Shown piece by piece: positions 1-9,427 of a stretch of 64,000 bases of DNA (its first letter is position 1; every line of letters begins with the position of its first letter). Both the position numbers and the translations under genes were made by a program. Source of the stretch: Gammaproteobacteria bacterium (GTDB lineage: Bacteria > Pseudomonadota > Gammaproteobacteria > Eutrophobiales > Eutrophobiaceae). The notes beneath the pieces are model-generated. The model worked only from the letters and a program-made list of their open reading frames with translations. It was not told where the DNA came from and did no database searches. Location: positions 65,388 to 129,387 of the forward strand of contig JAJDUB010000073.1 in assembly GCA_022826885.1 (NCBI GenBank), given 5' to 3'.

Positions 1-119
1 TGCGTGACTTCGCCTTTTTTTCCGAGGTAACGGACGCGCACGTCATCCAGGCTGCGCTCATCGGAGGCTTCTGTGACCTCATCCAGCGCCCGTGCAAGCA
101 GATCGCTGAGATCGGACAT
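1..119 (-). CDS. pheS: phenylalanine--tRNA ligase alpha subunit, N-terminal fragment (runs off the left edge)
   Basis: My own translation of the minus strand from ATG 119-117 gives MSDLSDLLARALDEVTEASDERSLDDVRVRYLGKKGEVT. This matches the conserved PheS N-terminus (..VRV.YLGKKG..). It lies directly downstream of rplT, as in the classical thrS-infC-rpmI-rplT-pheST cluster. It is absent from the ORF track because it is truncated. Confidence 0.8.
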   Translation of the reverse strand, partial: MSDLSDLLARALDEVTEASDERSLDDVRVRYLGKKGEVT

Positions 120-153
120 GACAAATAAGAGGCAATATCACCTGGAAAGAGTA

Positions 154-507
154 CTAGATATGCTGCCTGGCCTGCTCCGCCAGTTGCGCAAACGCGGGCT
201 TGTCGTTGACGGCGAGTTCCGCCAGCACCTTACGATCTACCTGTATGTCCGCCTTGTGCAATCCGTCCATGAACCGGCTGTAGGACAGGCCATGCTCCCT
301 GGCCGCCGCATTGATGCGGGTGATCCAAAGCGCGCGGAATTGCCGTTTACGCTGGCGCCGGTCCCGGTAAGCGTATTGACCGGCTTTTGTCACGGCCTGT
401 TTGGCCACCCGGTAAACGTTTTTCCGGCGCCCGCGGTAACCTTTGGCCTGTTCTATGACTTTTTTATGTCTGGCGCGTGCGGTAACGCCCCGCTTTACTC
501 TTGGCAT
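154..507 (-). CDS. rplT: 50S ribosomal protein L20
   Basis: 117 aa starting [28 protein letters not shown], the textbook L20 N-terminus. Follows rpmI. Confidence 0.97.
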   Translation of the reverse strand: MPRVKRGVTARARHKKVIEQAKGYRGRRKNVYRVAKQAVTKAGQYAYRDRRQRKRQFRALWITRINAAAREHGLSYSRFMDGLHKADIQVDRKVLAELAVNDKPAFAQLAEQARQHI

Positions 508-519
508 AACTGGTATTCC

Positions 520-717
520 TCAACTGTAAGGCAACAACTGCGCCAGCGCCTTCTCGTCACTTTTGTCAATCAATTGCATGTGACGCAACTTCCTGATCCG
601 TTTTGCGCTTTTCTTGGTCAGAATATGGTTGCGATGGGACTGCCGATGTTTATACCGGCCCAACGCGGTCTTGCTGAAACGCTTGGCCGCGCCACGATTT
701 GTTTTCAATTTCGGCAT
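520..717 (-). CDS. rpmI: 50S ribosomal protein L35
   Basis: 65 aa, [17 protein letters not shown]..., typical L35. Sits between infC and rplT. Confidence 0.96.
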   Translation of the reverse strand: MPKLKTNRGAAKRFSKTALGRYKHRQSHRNHILTKKSAKRIRKLRHMQLIDKSDEKALAQLLPYS

Positions 718-740
718 AATCAGTTTTTCAGTTTCTCACA

Positions 741-1256
741 TCAACGTTTCGGAGCCAGGATCATGATCATCTGGCGGCCTTCGAGTTTCGCTTTCTGCTC
801 CACTTCCGCGCTCTGTTGCATATCCGCTTCTATCCGATCCAGCATTTTACTGCCGAGTTCCTGGTGAGCCATCTCCCGGCCACGAAAGCGCAAAGTCACT
901 TTTACCTTGTCGCCGTTTTGTACAAAACGCGTGATGTTCCTCAATTTGACCTGGTAATCGCCGTCATCAGTACCGGGCCTGAACTTCACTTCCTTGACCT
1001 GAATCTGTTTTTGCTTCTTCTTTGCGGCGTGCCTTTTCTTGTTCTGTTCAAACTGGAACTTGCCGAAGTCCATGATCCTGCAAACGGGAGGTTCTGAATT
1101 GGGGACAATCTCGACCAGGTCGAGTTCCGCATCATCCGCCTGTCTTAAGGCCTCATCGAGGCCGACGATACCGACCTGCCCTCCCTGCGCACCGATCAAC
1201 CTGACCTCATCGGCCGTGATTTCTTCATTCACGCGATTCTGTTTCTTGATTGCGAT
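741..1256 (-). CDS. infC: translation initiation factor IF-3, probable non-canonical AUC start
   Basis: The ORF-track protein (GTG at 1232) contains [27 protein letters not shown] and [14 protein letters not shown], all IF-3 hallmarks. In frame upstream, ATC at 1256-1254 has GGAGG (1269-1265) 8 nt before it, while GTG-1232 has no SD. IF-3 genes classically use a non-canonical start (AUU). Confidence 0.85.
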   Translation of the reverse strand: MAIKKQNRVNEEITADEVRLIGAQGGQVGIVGLDEALRQADDAELDLVEIVPNSEPPVCRIMDFGKFQFEQNKKRHAAKKKQKQIQVKEVKFRPGTDDGDYQVKLRNITRFVQNGDKVKVTLRFRGREMAHQELGSKMLDRIEADMQQSAEVEQKAKLEGRQMIMILAPKR

Positions 1257-1302
1257 TCGCTGTTCCTCCGCGTTACTGTTACTTGTTCAATGGCGCCTGC
1301 GC

Positions 1303-3201
1303 TTAATCCGCCTGTTTCCGTGCGTGTTCAACAAAAGCGCTTAATGTTAGCACACCCAGGTCCTTCCCGTCACGGGTACGGACTGCAACGGTCTCATTTT
1401 CCTGCTCGCGCGCGCCGATAATCAACTGGTAAGGCACGCGTTGCAGTGCGTGCTGGCGGATTTTAAGATTGATCGTTTCATTTCTCAAGTCGGTATTTAC
1501 CCGGAAACCATGATCCTTGACGGTTTGCGCTACGGACAGGGCATATTCCGACTGGCGTTGGGTAATCGAGGACACCACGACCTGAACCGGGGCCAGCCAC
1601 AGCGGGAACGACCCGGCGTGGTGCTCGATGATAATGCCTATGAAACGCTCCAGCGAACCCAGGATAGCCCGGTGCAGCATCACCGGCGCCTTTTTCTCGC
1701 TGTTGTCGTCCACGTACTGGGCGCCCAACCGGCCCGGCATGGAAAAGTCCGCCTGTATGGTGCCGCACTGCCATACGCGGCCGATGCTGTCCTTCAGGGA
1801 AAAATCGATCTTGGGCCCGTAGAATGCGCCTTCACCCGGCTGCAGTTCCCAGTCCACCCCCGTGGCATTGATCGCCTGTTCCAGGGCCTGCTCGGCCTTG
1901 TCCCAGGCCGCGTCATCACCGACGCGGTTTTCCGGGCGGGTCGACAACTTCATGATCACCTCGTGGAAACCGAAATCACCGTAAACCTCGAACAGCAGGT
2001 CGATAAAACCGGACACTTCGGACTGGATCTGATCCTCGGTGCAGAAGATGTGGGCATCGTCCTGGGTAAACCCCCGCACCCGCATCAGTCCGTGCAAGGT
2101 CCCGGAGGCCTCGTTCCGGTGGCAGGAGCCGAATTCCGCAAAGCGTAACGGCAGGTCGCGATAGCTCTTCAGGCCCTGGTTGAACACCTGGATATGACCG
2201 GGACAATTCATGGGCTTGATGGCGTAATCGCGGTTTTCCGAACTGGTAGTGAACATGTCCTCGTGGAACTTGTCCCAGTGGCCGGATTTTTCCCACAGGC
2301 TGCGGTCCAGCACCAACGGAGTGTTGATCTCCTGGTAGCCTTTCCCGGCCAGTTTGGCGCGGATATAATCCCTGACGACGTTATACAGCGTCCAGCCCTT
2401 CGGGTGCCAGAACACCAGCCCCGGCGCCTCTTCCTGGAAATGGAACAGGTCCTGCTTGCGGCCCAGCTTGCGGTGGTCGCGTTTCTCCGCCTCTTCCAGC
2501 CGTTGCAGGTGCTGCTTCAACGCCTTGCGGTCCGGCCACGCCGTGCCGTAGATGCGCTGCAACATCTCGTTACGGGAGTCCCCGCGCCAGTAGGCCCCTG
2601 CCAGCCTGGTCAGTTTGAATGCACTGAGTTTGCCGGTGCTGGGAACATGGGGCCCGCGGCAAAGGTCGATAAATTCGCCCTGCCGGTACAACGACAATTC
2701 CTCGTCTGCGGGAATGGATTCGATGATCTGCGCCTTGTATTCCTCACCCTGGCTGCGGAAGAATGCCACGGCCTCGTCACGTCCCATGACGAAGCGGCTG
2801 ACGTCCAGGTCCCGGCCGGCCAGTCCCTTCATTTTCTCCTCGATTGCGGCCAGGTCTTCCGGCGTAAACGACCGATCAAAGGCGAAATCATAATAAAATC
2901 CGTCTTCAATGACCGGACCGATGGTTACCTGCGCTTCCGGGAACAACTCCTTCACCGCCTGGGCCATCAGGTGGGCGCAGGAATGGCGCAATACCTCCAG
3001 CCCTTCCTCATCCCGTGCAGTGATGATGCGCACGGTAGCATCATCTTCTACCCGGTGAGAGGCATCAACCAGCCTGCCGTCCACTTCGGCCGCGAGGGTC
3101 GCGCGCGCAAGCCCGGGGCCGATATCCGCGGCAATATCCATTACCGACAAGGGGTCTTCGTAACTGCGCCGACTACCGTCAGGCAGTGAAATAACAGGCA
3201 T
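1303..3201 (-). CDS. thrS: threonine--tRNA ligase
   Basis: 632 aa with a TGS-like N-terminus, the class II core (..[10 protein letters not shown].., ..[18 protein letters not shown]..) and an anticodon-binding C-terminus. It heads the thrS-infC-rpmI-rplT cluster. Confidence 0.97.
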   Translation of the reverse strand: MPVISLPDGSRRSYEDPLSVMDIAADIGPGLARATLAAEVDGRLVDASHRVEDDATVRIITARDEEGLEVLRHSCAHLMAQAVKELFPEAQVTIGPVIEDGFYYDFAFDRSFTPEDLAAIEEKMKGLAGRDLDVSRFVMGRDEAVAFFRSQGEEYKAQIIESIPADEELSLYRQGEFIDLCRGPHVPSTGKLSAFKLTRLAGAYWRGDSRNEMLQRIYGTAWPDRKALKQHLQRLEEAEKRDHRKLGRKQDLFHFQEEAPGLVFWHPKGWTLYNVVRDYIRAKLAGKGYQEINTPLVLDRSLWEKSGHWDKFHEDMFTTSSENRDYAIKPMNCPGHIQVFNQGLKSYRDLPLRFAEFGSCHRNEASGTLHGLMRVRGFTQDDAHIFCTEDQIQSEVSGFIDLLFEVYGDFGFHEVIMKLSTRPENRVGDDAAWDKAEQALEQAINATGVDWELQPGEGAFYGPKIDFSLKDSIGRVWQCGTIQADFSMPGRLGAQYVDDNSEKKAPVMLHRAILGSLERFIGIIIEHHAGSFPLWLAPVQVVVSSITQRQSEYALSVAQTVKDHGFRVNTDLRNETINLKIRQHALQRVPYQLIIGAREQENETVAVRTRDGKDLGVLTLSAFVEHARKQAD

Positions 3202-3291
3202 ACTGTCTCCTTAACCAGTGGTGGCCCCCACAACAGGCCACATGTCAAAGACATAATCAATGTTGTGGATTGTAACCCTCGCCCATCGTCC

Positions 3292-3343
3292 GGGGACGGA
3301 TTTCAAACATGCCCCCGCATGTTGTAAGCGGGGGTCCGTCTCC
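3292..3343. repeat. REP-like palindrome, composite copy (GGGGACGGA ... TCCGTCTCC with a nested hairpin)
   Basis: The arms GGGGACGGA (3292-3300) and TCCGTCTCC (3335-3343) enclose 34 nt. That insert itself contains CCCCCGC (3312-3318)-N9-GCGGGGG (3328-3334). The arm sequence is the same as at 9399, 14138, 50657 and 53187. Confidence 0.6.
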
Positions 3344-3363
3344 TTTCTTCCAGGCCGGAAATA

Positions 3364-3440
3364 TGGTAGGCGCGATTGGATTCGAACCAACGACCCCTAC
3401 CGTGTCGAGGTAGTGCTCTAACCAACTGAGCTACGCGCCT
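3364..3440 (-). tRNA. tRNA-Val (anticodon GAC)
   Basis: The reverse complement AGGCGCGTAGCTCAGTTGGTTAGAGCACTACCTCGACACGGTAGGGGTCGTTGGTTCGAATCCAATCGCGCCTACCA folds as a 77-nt cloverleaf. It has a 7-bp acceptor stem, GCTC/GAGC D stem, CTACC/GGTAG anticodon stem, loop TCGACAC and an encoded CCA. Confidence 0.9.
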
Positions 3441-3469
3441 TTGGACTTCACAGTTTATAATAAACCGGA

Positions 3470-4147
3470 CTATCGGGCAAACAGGAAATCCGACGGGTCC
3501 AGGTCTGAGGGGTTGAACTGTCGTAAAATAATTCTACTGCCATCGTTACCGGACAGGTCGATCACGCTGTCATCGCCTTCCGCAATGATCGCCAGATCAT
3601 TGAATAACAGGCCGCCAAAACCGGCCAGGTCGATACGGTCTTCTCCATTTACAAAGCCGATTATAGAATCTGTTCTGCTATCTCCGGGGTGAAAGATGAA
3701 GATGTCTTTTCCCGTACCCCCCTCAAGCCTGTCAGTACCGCCTTGTCCATCCAGGATATCTGAACCTGCATTGCCCAGAAGAACATTGTTTCTACCATCA
3801 CCCGTGAGTAAATCATCATGATTTGAACCGAAAATATTTTCGATATTGCTGATGCTGTCGCCAGTCGCATCCCCCCCATAAGCTGAATTATTACTCAAAT
3901 TTATTTCTACCCCTGATTTTGACCCTCTGTAGTCTACTGTATCTATTCCATCTCCCCCATCAATGATATCCGCGCCCGCTCCTCCCCAGATCAAATTGTC
4001 GCCGGGGTCGCCGAGCAGCGTGTCGGCGTCCGAACCGCCGTACAGGTCGTAACCGACGTCTACCCCCCTGTCGGTCAATAATATGATCACCACTGCCAGG
4101 GTAAGGCCCAGGATCAGCAGGTCGGTTACGGAAATAAGGGGTTTCAT
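3470..4147 (-). CDS. membrane-anchored RTX (hemolysin-type calcium-binding repeat) protein
   Basis: 225 aa. The N-terminus is hydrophobic (LISVTDLLILGLTLAVVIILL). Gly/Asp nonapeptide repeats follow (GGSDADTLLGDPGDNLIWGGAGADIIDGGDGIDTV, LTGDGRNNVLLGNAGSDILDGQGGTDRLEGGTGKD). The C-terminal tail is ..ILRQFNPSDLDPSDFLF. Confidence 0.8.
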   Translation of the reverse strand: MKPLISVTDLLILGLTLAVVIILLTDRGVDVGYDLYGGSDADTLLGDPGDNLIWGGAGADIIDGGDGIDTVDYRGSKSGVEINLSNNSAYGGDATGDSISNIENIFGSNHDDLLTGDGRNNVLLGNAGSDILDGQGGTDRLEGGTGKDIFIFHPGDSRTDSIIGFVNGEDRIDLAGFGGLLFNDLAIIAEGDDSVIDLSGNDGSRIILRQFNPSDLDPSDFLFAR

Positions 4148-4197
4148 CAGCTATGTCCGTCCCTGCGGGTTACAGGCATTCCAAAAGCAATCACCAT

Positions 4198-6225
4198 CTA
4201 GCCGGCTCTTTGACCGTCATGAATTTCCAGGCTGAATTCCTTGATACGCGCTATCTCGTCGCGTATCTCCGCGGCCCGTTCGAATTCCAGGTCGCGGGCA
4301 TGCCGGTACATCTGCTCTTCCAACTGGCTGATTTTTTTCATAAGCAGGTCCGGGGGCAGTTCCATATAACCGGGTTTCTGCTCAGCTACTTTCGCATAAC
4401 GCCGCGCCTGGCCGCGCGGGTCGCTGTAAGCCCCTTCCAGGATATCGGTGACCGCCTTGCGGATCCCCTGAGGGGTGATGCCGTGACGTTCGTTAAAGCG
4501 TTGTTGTTTCTCCCTGCGCCGTTCGGTTTCCCGGAGCGCCCGTTCAATGGACCCGGTCACGGTATCGGCATACATGATGGCCTTGCCGTTGATATTGCGG
4601 GCGGCGCGGCCTATGGTCTGGATCAAGGTGGTCTCGGAACGCAGGAAACCTTCCTTGTCGGCATCCAGGATCGCTACCAGGGACACTTCCGGCATATCCA
4701 GCCCCTCGCGCAGCAGGTTGATCCCCACCAGCACGTCAAATTTTCCCAGGCGCAGGTCGCGGATGATCTCCACGCGTTCCACGGTGTCGATATCGGAGTG
4801 CAGGTAGCGCACCTTGACCCCGTGTTCCGCCAGGTAGTCGGTCAGGTCTTCCGCCATGCGCTTGGTCAGGGTGGTGACCAGCACCCGTTCATTACACTGT
4901 TCACGCAACCGGATTTCCGACAACAGGTCATCCACCTGGGTCGCAACCGGCCGTACTTCCACCTCCGGGTCGACCAGGCCGGTAGGACGAACCAGTTGTT
5001 CGACGATCTCGCCGGAGCGTTCGCGCTCATAAGGACCGGGCGTCGCCGAGACAAACACCGTCTGCGGCGACAGGTATTCGAACTCGTCAAAGCGCAACGG
5101 CCGGTTGTCCAGCGCGCAGGGCAGCCGGAAACCGTACTCCACCAGGTTTTCCTTGCGCGAACGGTCGCCGCGATACATGGCGCCCAGTTGGGGGACGGTC
5201 ACATGGCTCTCATCCACCACCAGCAGGGCATTATGGGGCAGGTAATCGAACAGGGTCGGCGGCGGCTCGCCCGGCCGCCTGCCGGACAGGTGGCGGGAGT
5301 AGTTTTCGATACCGGTGCAATAGCCGATTTCCATCATCATTTCCAGGTCGAACCGGGTGCGCTGTTCCAGCCGTTGTAATTCAACCAGCTTGTTAGCCTT
5401 GCGGAATTGTTCCAGGCGATCAGCCAACTCCTCCTTGATGGCCTCTATGGCCTCCAGAACTATCTCCCGTTCGGTGACGTAATGGGTCTTGGGGTGGATG
5501 GTGATGCGCGGGACCTGCCTGTAGACCTCGCCGGTCAGCGGATCGAAGATCGATATGGATTCGATCTCGTCATCGAACAGCTCCACCCGTATCCCCTCGC
5601 GCTCTGATTCCGCCGGATAGATATCGATGAGATCGCCCCGCACCCGGTAAGTGGCGCGGTGCAGTTCCACCTCGTTGCGGGTATATTGCATCTCCGCAAG
5701 CCGGCGCAGGATGAAACGCTGCTCCATCCTCTCGCCCCGGTCCAGATGCAGTACCATCTTCAGGTAGGCCTGGGGATCGCCCAGGCCGTAAATGGCGGAA
5801 ACGGTGGCAACGATGATGGTATCGGGCCGTTCCAGCAGCGCCTTGGTGGCGGACAGGCGCATCTGTTCAATATGCTCGTTGATGGAGGCGTCTTTTTCGA
5901 TATAGGTATCGGTGGAAGGCACGTATGCCTCCGGCTGGTAATAATCGTAATAGGAAACGAAGTATTCCACGGCATTGTCCGGGAAGAACTCGCGCATTTC
6001 TCCGTACAACTGCGCGGCCAGGGTCTTGTTCGGCGCAAGGACCAGCGTCGGACGCTGAATTTTCTCGATCAGGTTGGCGATGGTAAAGGTCTTGCCGGAA
6101 CCCGTTACACCGAGCAGAGCCTGTTGCGCGATACCGCTCCGGATGCAATCGTATAACTGCGCAATGGCCTCGGGTTGATCGCCCGATGGAGAAAAGTCAG
6201 CCTGTAATATAAATTTCTTTTTCAT
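4198..6225 (-). CDS. uvrB: excinuclease ABC subunit B
   Basis: Contains [11 protein letters not shown], the Walker [11 protein letters not shown], helicase motifs and a C-terminal UVR domain ([13 protein letters not shown]). I trimmed the ORF-track start (6312) to ATG 6225-6223 ([17 protein letters not shown]), which aligns with known UvrB N-termini. Confidence 0.95.
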   Translation of the reverse strand: MKKKFILQADFSPSGDQPEAIAQLYDCIRSGIAQQALLGVTGSGKTFTIANLIEKIQRPTLVLAPNKTLAAQLYGEMREFFPDNAVEYFVSYYDYYQPEAYVPSTDTYIEKDASINEHIEQMRLSATKALLERPDTIIVATVSAIYGLGDPQAYLKMVLHLDRGERMEQRFILRRLAEMQYTRNEVELHRATYRVRGDLIDIYPAESEREGIRVELFDDEIESISIFDPLTGEVYRQVPRITIHPKTHYVTEREIVLEAIEAIKEELADRLEQFRKANKLVELQRLEQRTRFDLEMMMEIGYCTGIENYSRHLSGRRPGEPPPTLFDYLPHNALLVVDESHVTVPQLGAMYRGDRSRKENLVEYGFRLPCALDNRPLRFDEFEYLSPQTVFVSATPGPYERERSGEIVEQLVRPTGLVDPEVEVRPVATQVDDLLSEIRLREQCNERVLVTTLTKRMAEDLTDYLAEHGVKVRYLHSDIDTVERVEIIRDLRLGKFDVLVGINLLREGLDMPEVSLVAILDADKEGFLRSETTLIQTIGRAARNINGKAIMYADTVTGSIERALRETERRREKQQRFNERHGITPQGIRKAVTDILEGAYSDPRGQARRYAKVAEQKPGYMELPPDLLMKKISQLEEQMYRHARDLEFERAAEIRDEIARIKEFSLEIHDGQRAG

Positions 6226-6281
6226 AGCCCGAATTTTCCGCATTATAATACACGAACAGTTGTCCAGGAGAGGAAACCAGG

Positions 6282-7466
6282 TTGGAAAACAGAGTGGCGC
6301 ACCGCGCCGCAAACATCAAGCCCTCACCCACCCTCGCAGTTACCGCCAAGGCCGCGGAACTGAAAGCGGCGGGAAGGGATATTATTGCCCTGAGCGCGGG
6401 CGAGCCCGATTTCGACACGCCTGAACATATCAAGGAAGCCGCGATCAAGGCCATCCGTGACGGCAAAACCAAGTACACCGCGGCAGGCGGCATGCCTGAA
6501 CTCAAACAGGCGGTCGCGGACAAGTTCCGGCGGGAAAACGACCTTGCTTACAACCCGGACCAGGTCCTGGTCTCCTGCGGCGCCAAACACAGCATCTACA
6601 ACGTGATGCAAGCCCTGCTCAATCCGGGAGACGAGGTGATTGTCCCGTCGCCTTACTGGGTTTCCTACCCCGACATGGTGAAACTGGCCGGTGCGGAACC
6701 CGTGGTGATCCGGGCCGGGATCGAACAGCGTTTCAAGATCACCGGAAAACAACTGGAACGATCCATCACCGAAAATACGCGCCTGGTCATGTTCAACAGC
6801 CCGTCAAACCCGACCGGCGTCAGTTATTCCGATACGGAACTGGCGGAGCTCGCGGCGGTACTGGTGGAACACCCGGAAATCGTGGTCCTGACGGACGATA
6901 TCTATGAGCATATCCTGTGGGGGCAGGACGGTTTCAGGAACATCGTTAACGTGTGCCTGGAGCTGGCGGACAGGACGGTCGTCGTGAACGGGGTGTCCAA
7001 GGCCTACTCCATGACCGGCTGGCGCATCGGTTACCTGGGCGGTCCGCCGGCGCTGGTCAAGGCCGCGCAGAAGATTCAGTCGCAAAGCACTTCCAACCCG
7101 TCTTCCGTCTCCCAATACGCGGCCCTGGCCGCGCTGAACGGCGACCAGACTTATATCAACGAGAGCACGGCTATCTTCAAACAGCGTCATGACTTCGTCC
7201 TGGCCGGTCTGAACGCCATCGACGGCGTGGAATGCACCCCATCCGACGGCACGTTTTACAGCTTCCCCAATATGCAGGGCGTGATCGACAAGCTGGACGG
7301 CATCAACAATGATGTGGAACTGGGCGAATACCTGCTGGAACGGGCGGAAGTCGCCCTGGTGCCCGGATCGGCCTTCGGGGCAAAGGGCTACATGCGCCTG
7401 TCCTACGCCACCAGCATGGAAAACCTGGAAGCTGCGATAAAACGGCTGAGCGATGCGCTGGGTTGA
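6282..7466 (+). CDS. class I pyridoxal-phosphate aminotransferase (aspartate aminotransferase-like)
   Basis: 394 aa with [36 protein letters not shown] and the PLP-lysine motif [19 protein letters not shown] start at 6282; GTG at 6294 is an alternative. Confidence 0.9.
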   Translation: MENRVAHRAANIKPSPTLAVTAKAAELKAAGRDIIALSAGEPDFDTPEHIKEAAIKAIRDGKTKYTAAGGMPELKQAVADKFRRENDLAYNPDQVLVSCGAKHSIYNVMQALLNPGDEVIVPSPYWVSYPDMVKLAGAEPVVIRAGIEQRFKITGKQLERSITENTRLVMFNSPSNPTGVSYSDTELAELAAVLVEHPEIVVLTDDIYEHILWGQDGFRNIVNVCLELADRTVVVNGVSKAYSMTGWRIGYLGGPPALVKAAQKIQSQSTSNPSSVSQYAALAALNGDQTYINESTAIFKQRHDFVLAGLNAIDGVECTPSDGTFYSFPNMQGVIDKLDGINNDVELGEYLLERAEVALVPGSAFGAKGYMRLSYATSMENLEAAIKRLSDALG

Positions 7467-7500
7467 TTTTATGTGTATAATCCGCGTCCCAACCAATTAA

Positions 7501-7576
7501 TCCCCGGTAGCTCAGTCGGTAGAGCGGGTGACTGTTAATCACTAGGTCGGCGGTTCGAGCCCGTCCCGGGGAGCCA
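7501..7576 (+). tRNA. tRNA-Asn (anticodon GUU)
   Basis: TCCCCGGTAGCTCAGTCGGTAGAGCGGGTGACTGTTAATCACTAGGTCGGCGGTTCGAGCCCGTCCCGGGGAGCCA is a 76-nt cloverleaf with anticodon loop CTGTTAA and an encoded CCA. Confidence 0.92.
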
Positions 7577-7588
7577 ATTCATCAAAGA

Positions 7589-9364
7589 GTGCGGTCTACT
7601 ACATTTATCATCAGGATAGAGCCTGGTGGCGTCAGCCCGGCTGGCCGGAAAAACCCGGTTTCCGACATTACGGGCGCAGGTCACGAATCGGAAAATGACA
7701 CCGGGCCGTTCAAGTGGTCGGACCTGACGGGCCGCGTGGTCGTGAAGGCATGGCCGGGCAACGCGCCTCGGGACGGGCGCAACGGCCTTTGCATAACGGC
7801 CGGCTGGCCGGTCGCCATTGAAGACCGCCTGGCCGGACACTACGCCGAGGTAGACCTCAATTCGTCCGGTCAAGGCACAGTACGGCAGGACCCGTACGGC
7901 TTGCACCCGCTCTACATCGGCAGTGATCGTGGTATCACCCTGGTAGCCAACAGGCCCCACCTGGTTGCAGGTGAGCTGGAACGACTTACGGGAACGCGCG
8001 CAGCGCGTGATTATCGCTGCGCGGCCTGGCTGGCATTCAGCGGCCGCCCCATCGGTGACCGGACCGGTTACGAAGACGTGCGCTGCGTTCCTTTCGGCGC
8101 AACCGTGCTGATTGATGCGAACCACGGCGCAAGGTTTTCCTTCAAAGACGCGCCATGGCTTCTCCCCGCCGCGGATATTGACGACTCGCGCATAGACCGG
8201 ATTGAATCCGAATTGATTGCGAATCTCCGTGCTGCAATCAAGGCAATGAGCGATCCGCCGCGGCTCCAACTTACCGGGGGACGCGACTCGCGCCTTGTTC
8301 TGGCGCTTGCTGTTCGGGCCGGATTATTACAGGACGTCGAGATTGTTACATTCGGAAAAGCAGGTACGCCGGACGCAATTGTCGCGAAGGAGCTGGCAAC
8401 AAGTCTCGGTCTCGATCATACCTTATCGAAGTGGGATGACGGGGTTGTCGTTCGACATCAGCTTTGTGCTCATGTCGGCCGTGTCGCGGGCGCCGTCAGT
8501 CCTGTCGATAGCAGCATTTCTCTTTCAAAAGACGGTCGCATGACCTTGTCAGGGTTTCACGGTGAAACATTGCGAACGCACTGGCCGGATATACCTGATT
8601 ATCAGGATCTGCAGTCTGTTGTTACGGGTTATTTGTCCGGACCGCCAGGAAAGGCCGGTATCCTGCACCGGGATGCATATACTTACGCCCTGACCGACGG
8701 TATTCAAAGCCTGCTCGAGCCGGCTGAGCAGATGGTCAGGCCGGAAGATTTATTTGATGCATATTCGATTCAACACAGGGTCCGCAGATGGCTGTCGGCG
8801 CGACCCGAGAGGCTTGCCGATAAGTTCCTTCCACTTTATTATCCGCCGGCCACTGAACTTGCCTTTCAAATGGGCTGGCGCGACCGCGTTGCAGGACGGA
8901 TACATAACACGATTATCGAGCGGGCCGGACGACTGCTGTCAGAACCGCCCTACTATAAGCCCGGCGGCCTCTACAAACCGGCGATAACATCATTGCCCAT
9001 ACGGAAGGGACGTAACAAGCCGGGCGCCAGGAAGCGCAACGATAGCGCTGATGGATATGAGCGAAGTCTGGACAAGAAAACCCTGGACAAACTGATATTG
9101 AAACACGTTGAAAAGGGCTTCAATAACGCGAAGCCACCGGCAGCAACTGCCGAAGGTTGCTCAAAAGACCCCACCCTGATCAAACGGCAGGAGGCATACC
9201 GGGAACTGATCGCCGCCCGGGACGACAACCCGGTATTCGACCTTGTAGACCGTGACCGCCTCATTGATGCCGTCAACCGTTTACCTGGTCTTAACCCTTA
9301 TGTTGCCCTGCAGGTACACGGCGCCATGACCGGCGTTATCTGGCTGGGGCGACTGGAAGAGTAA
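7589..9364 (+). CDS. asparagine synthetase B-family (PP-loop ATP pyrophosphatase) protein lacking the N-terminal Cys nucleophile
   Basis: 591 aa. LQLTGGRDSRLVLALA resembles the SGGxDS PP-loop of AsnB-type enzymes. DPYGLHPLYIGSDRGITLVANRP resembles the AsnB N-domain. There is no Cys at position 2. The C-terminal third is basic, and the start is GTG. Confidence 0.55.
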   Translation: MRSTTFIIRIEPGGVSPAGRKNPVSDITGAGHESENDTGPFKWSDLTGRVVVKAWPGNAPRDGRNGLCITAGWPVAIEDRLAGHYAEVDLNSSGQGTVRQDPYGLHPLYIGSDRGITLVANRPHLVAGELERLTGTRAARDYRCAAWLAFSGRPIGDRTGYEDVRCVPFGATVLIDANHGARFSFKDAPWLLPAADIDDSRIDRIESELIANLRAAIKAMSDPPRLQLTGGRDSRLVLALAVRAGLLQDVEIVTFGKAGTPDAIVAKELATSLGLDHTLSKWDDGVVVRHQLCAHVGRVAGAVSPVDSSISLSKDGRMTLSGFHGETLRTHWPDIPDYQDLQSVVTGYLSGPPGKAGILHRDAYTYALTDGIQSLLEPAEQMVRPEDLFDAYSIQHRVRRWLSARPERLADKFLPLYYPPATELAFQMGWRDRVAGRIHNTIIERAGRLLSEPPYYKPGGLYKPAITSLPIRKGRNKPGARKRNDSADGYERSLDKKTLDKLILKHVEKGFNNAKPPAATAEGCSKDPTLIKRQEAYRELIAARDDNPVFDLVDRDRLIDAVNRLPGLNPYVALQVHGAMTGVIWLGRLEE

Positions 9365-9377
9365 TATCAGGGCAAAA

Positions 9378-9423
9378 GGGGACGGAATCGCGCGTGATGG
9401 GGACGGAATTGAATTCCGTCCTC
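9378..9423. repeat. REP-like palindrome (solo half-site plus a full copy)
   Basis: GGGGACGGAATC at 9378-9389 is a half-site. GGGGACGGAATTGAATTCCGTCCTC at 9399-9423 is a full palindrome. They lie between the convergent stops of the AsnB-like gene and galU. Confidence 0.6.
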
Positions 9424-9427
9424 GTCG

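Noticed and set aside
73-867. A 264-aa plus-strand ORF spanning rplT, rpmI and the end of infC.
   Set aside because: It is antisense to three unmistakable ribosomal/IF-3 genes. Its composition is low-complexity and Arg/Ser/Leu-rich, typical of shadow ORFs in GC-rich DNA.
1441-3189. Several plus-strand ORFs (1441-2148, 2194-3189 and others) inside thrS.
   Set aside because: They are antisense shadows of a well-supported 632-aa thrS and contain no recognisable motifs.
4153-5379. A 408-aa plus-strand ORF and further ORFs (5659-6156, 6197-6523) opposite uvrB.
   Set aside because: They are antisense to uvrB. The sequences are Gly/Arg/Gln/His-rich and motif-free.
6226-6281. A search for a LexA/SOS box (CTGT-N8-ACAG) upstream of uvrB.
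   Set aside because: No match was seen in the 56-nt divergent intergenic region.
6226-6312. An N-terminal 29-aa extension of the uvrB ORF ([13 protein letters not shown]...).
   Set aside because: The conserved UvrB N-terminus begins at [17 protein letters not shown] (ATG 6225). The extension would overlap the divergent aminotransferase start.
7535-8269. A 244-aa minus-strand ORF overlapping tRNA-Asn and the AsnB-like gene.
   Set aside because: It runs through a tRNA gene and is antisense to a longer ORF with recognisable motifs. Likely spurious.
7501-9364. The possibility that tRNA-Asn marks an integrated genomic island.
   Set aside because: I saw no integrase, no excisionase and no direct repeat of the tRNA 3' end downstream. 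The downstream genes look like a resident glycan locus. I cannot exclude an ancient island without a whole-genome comparison.
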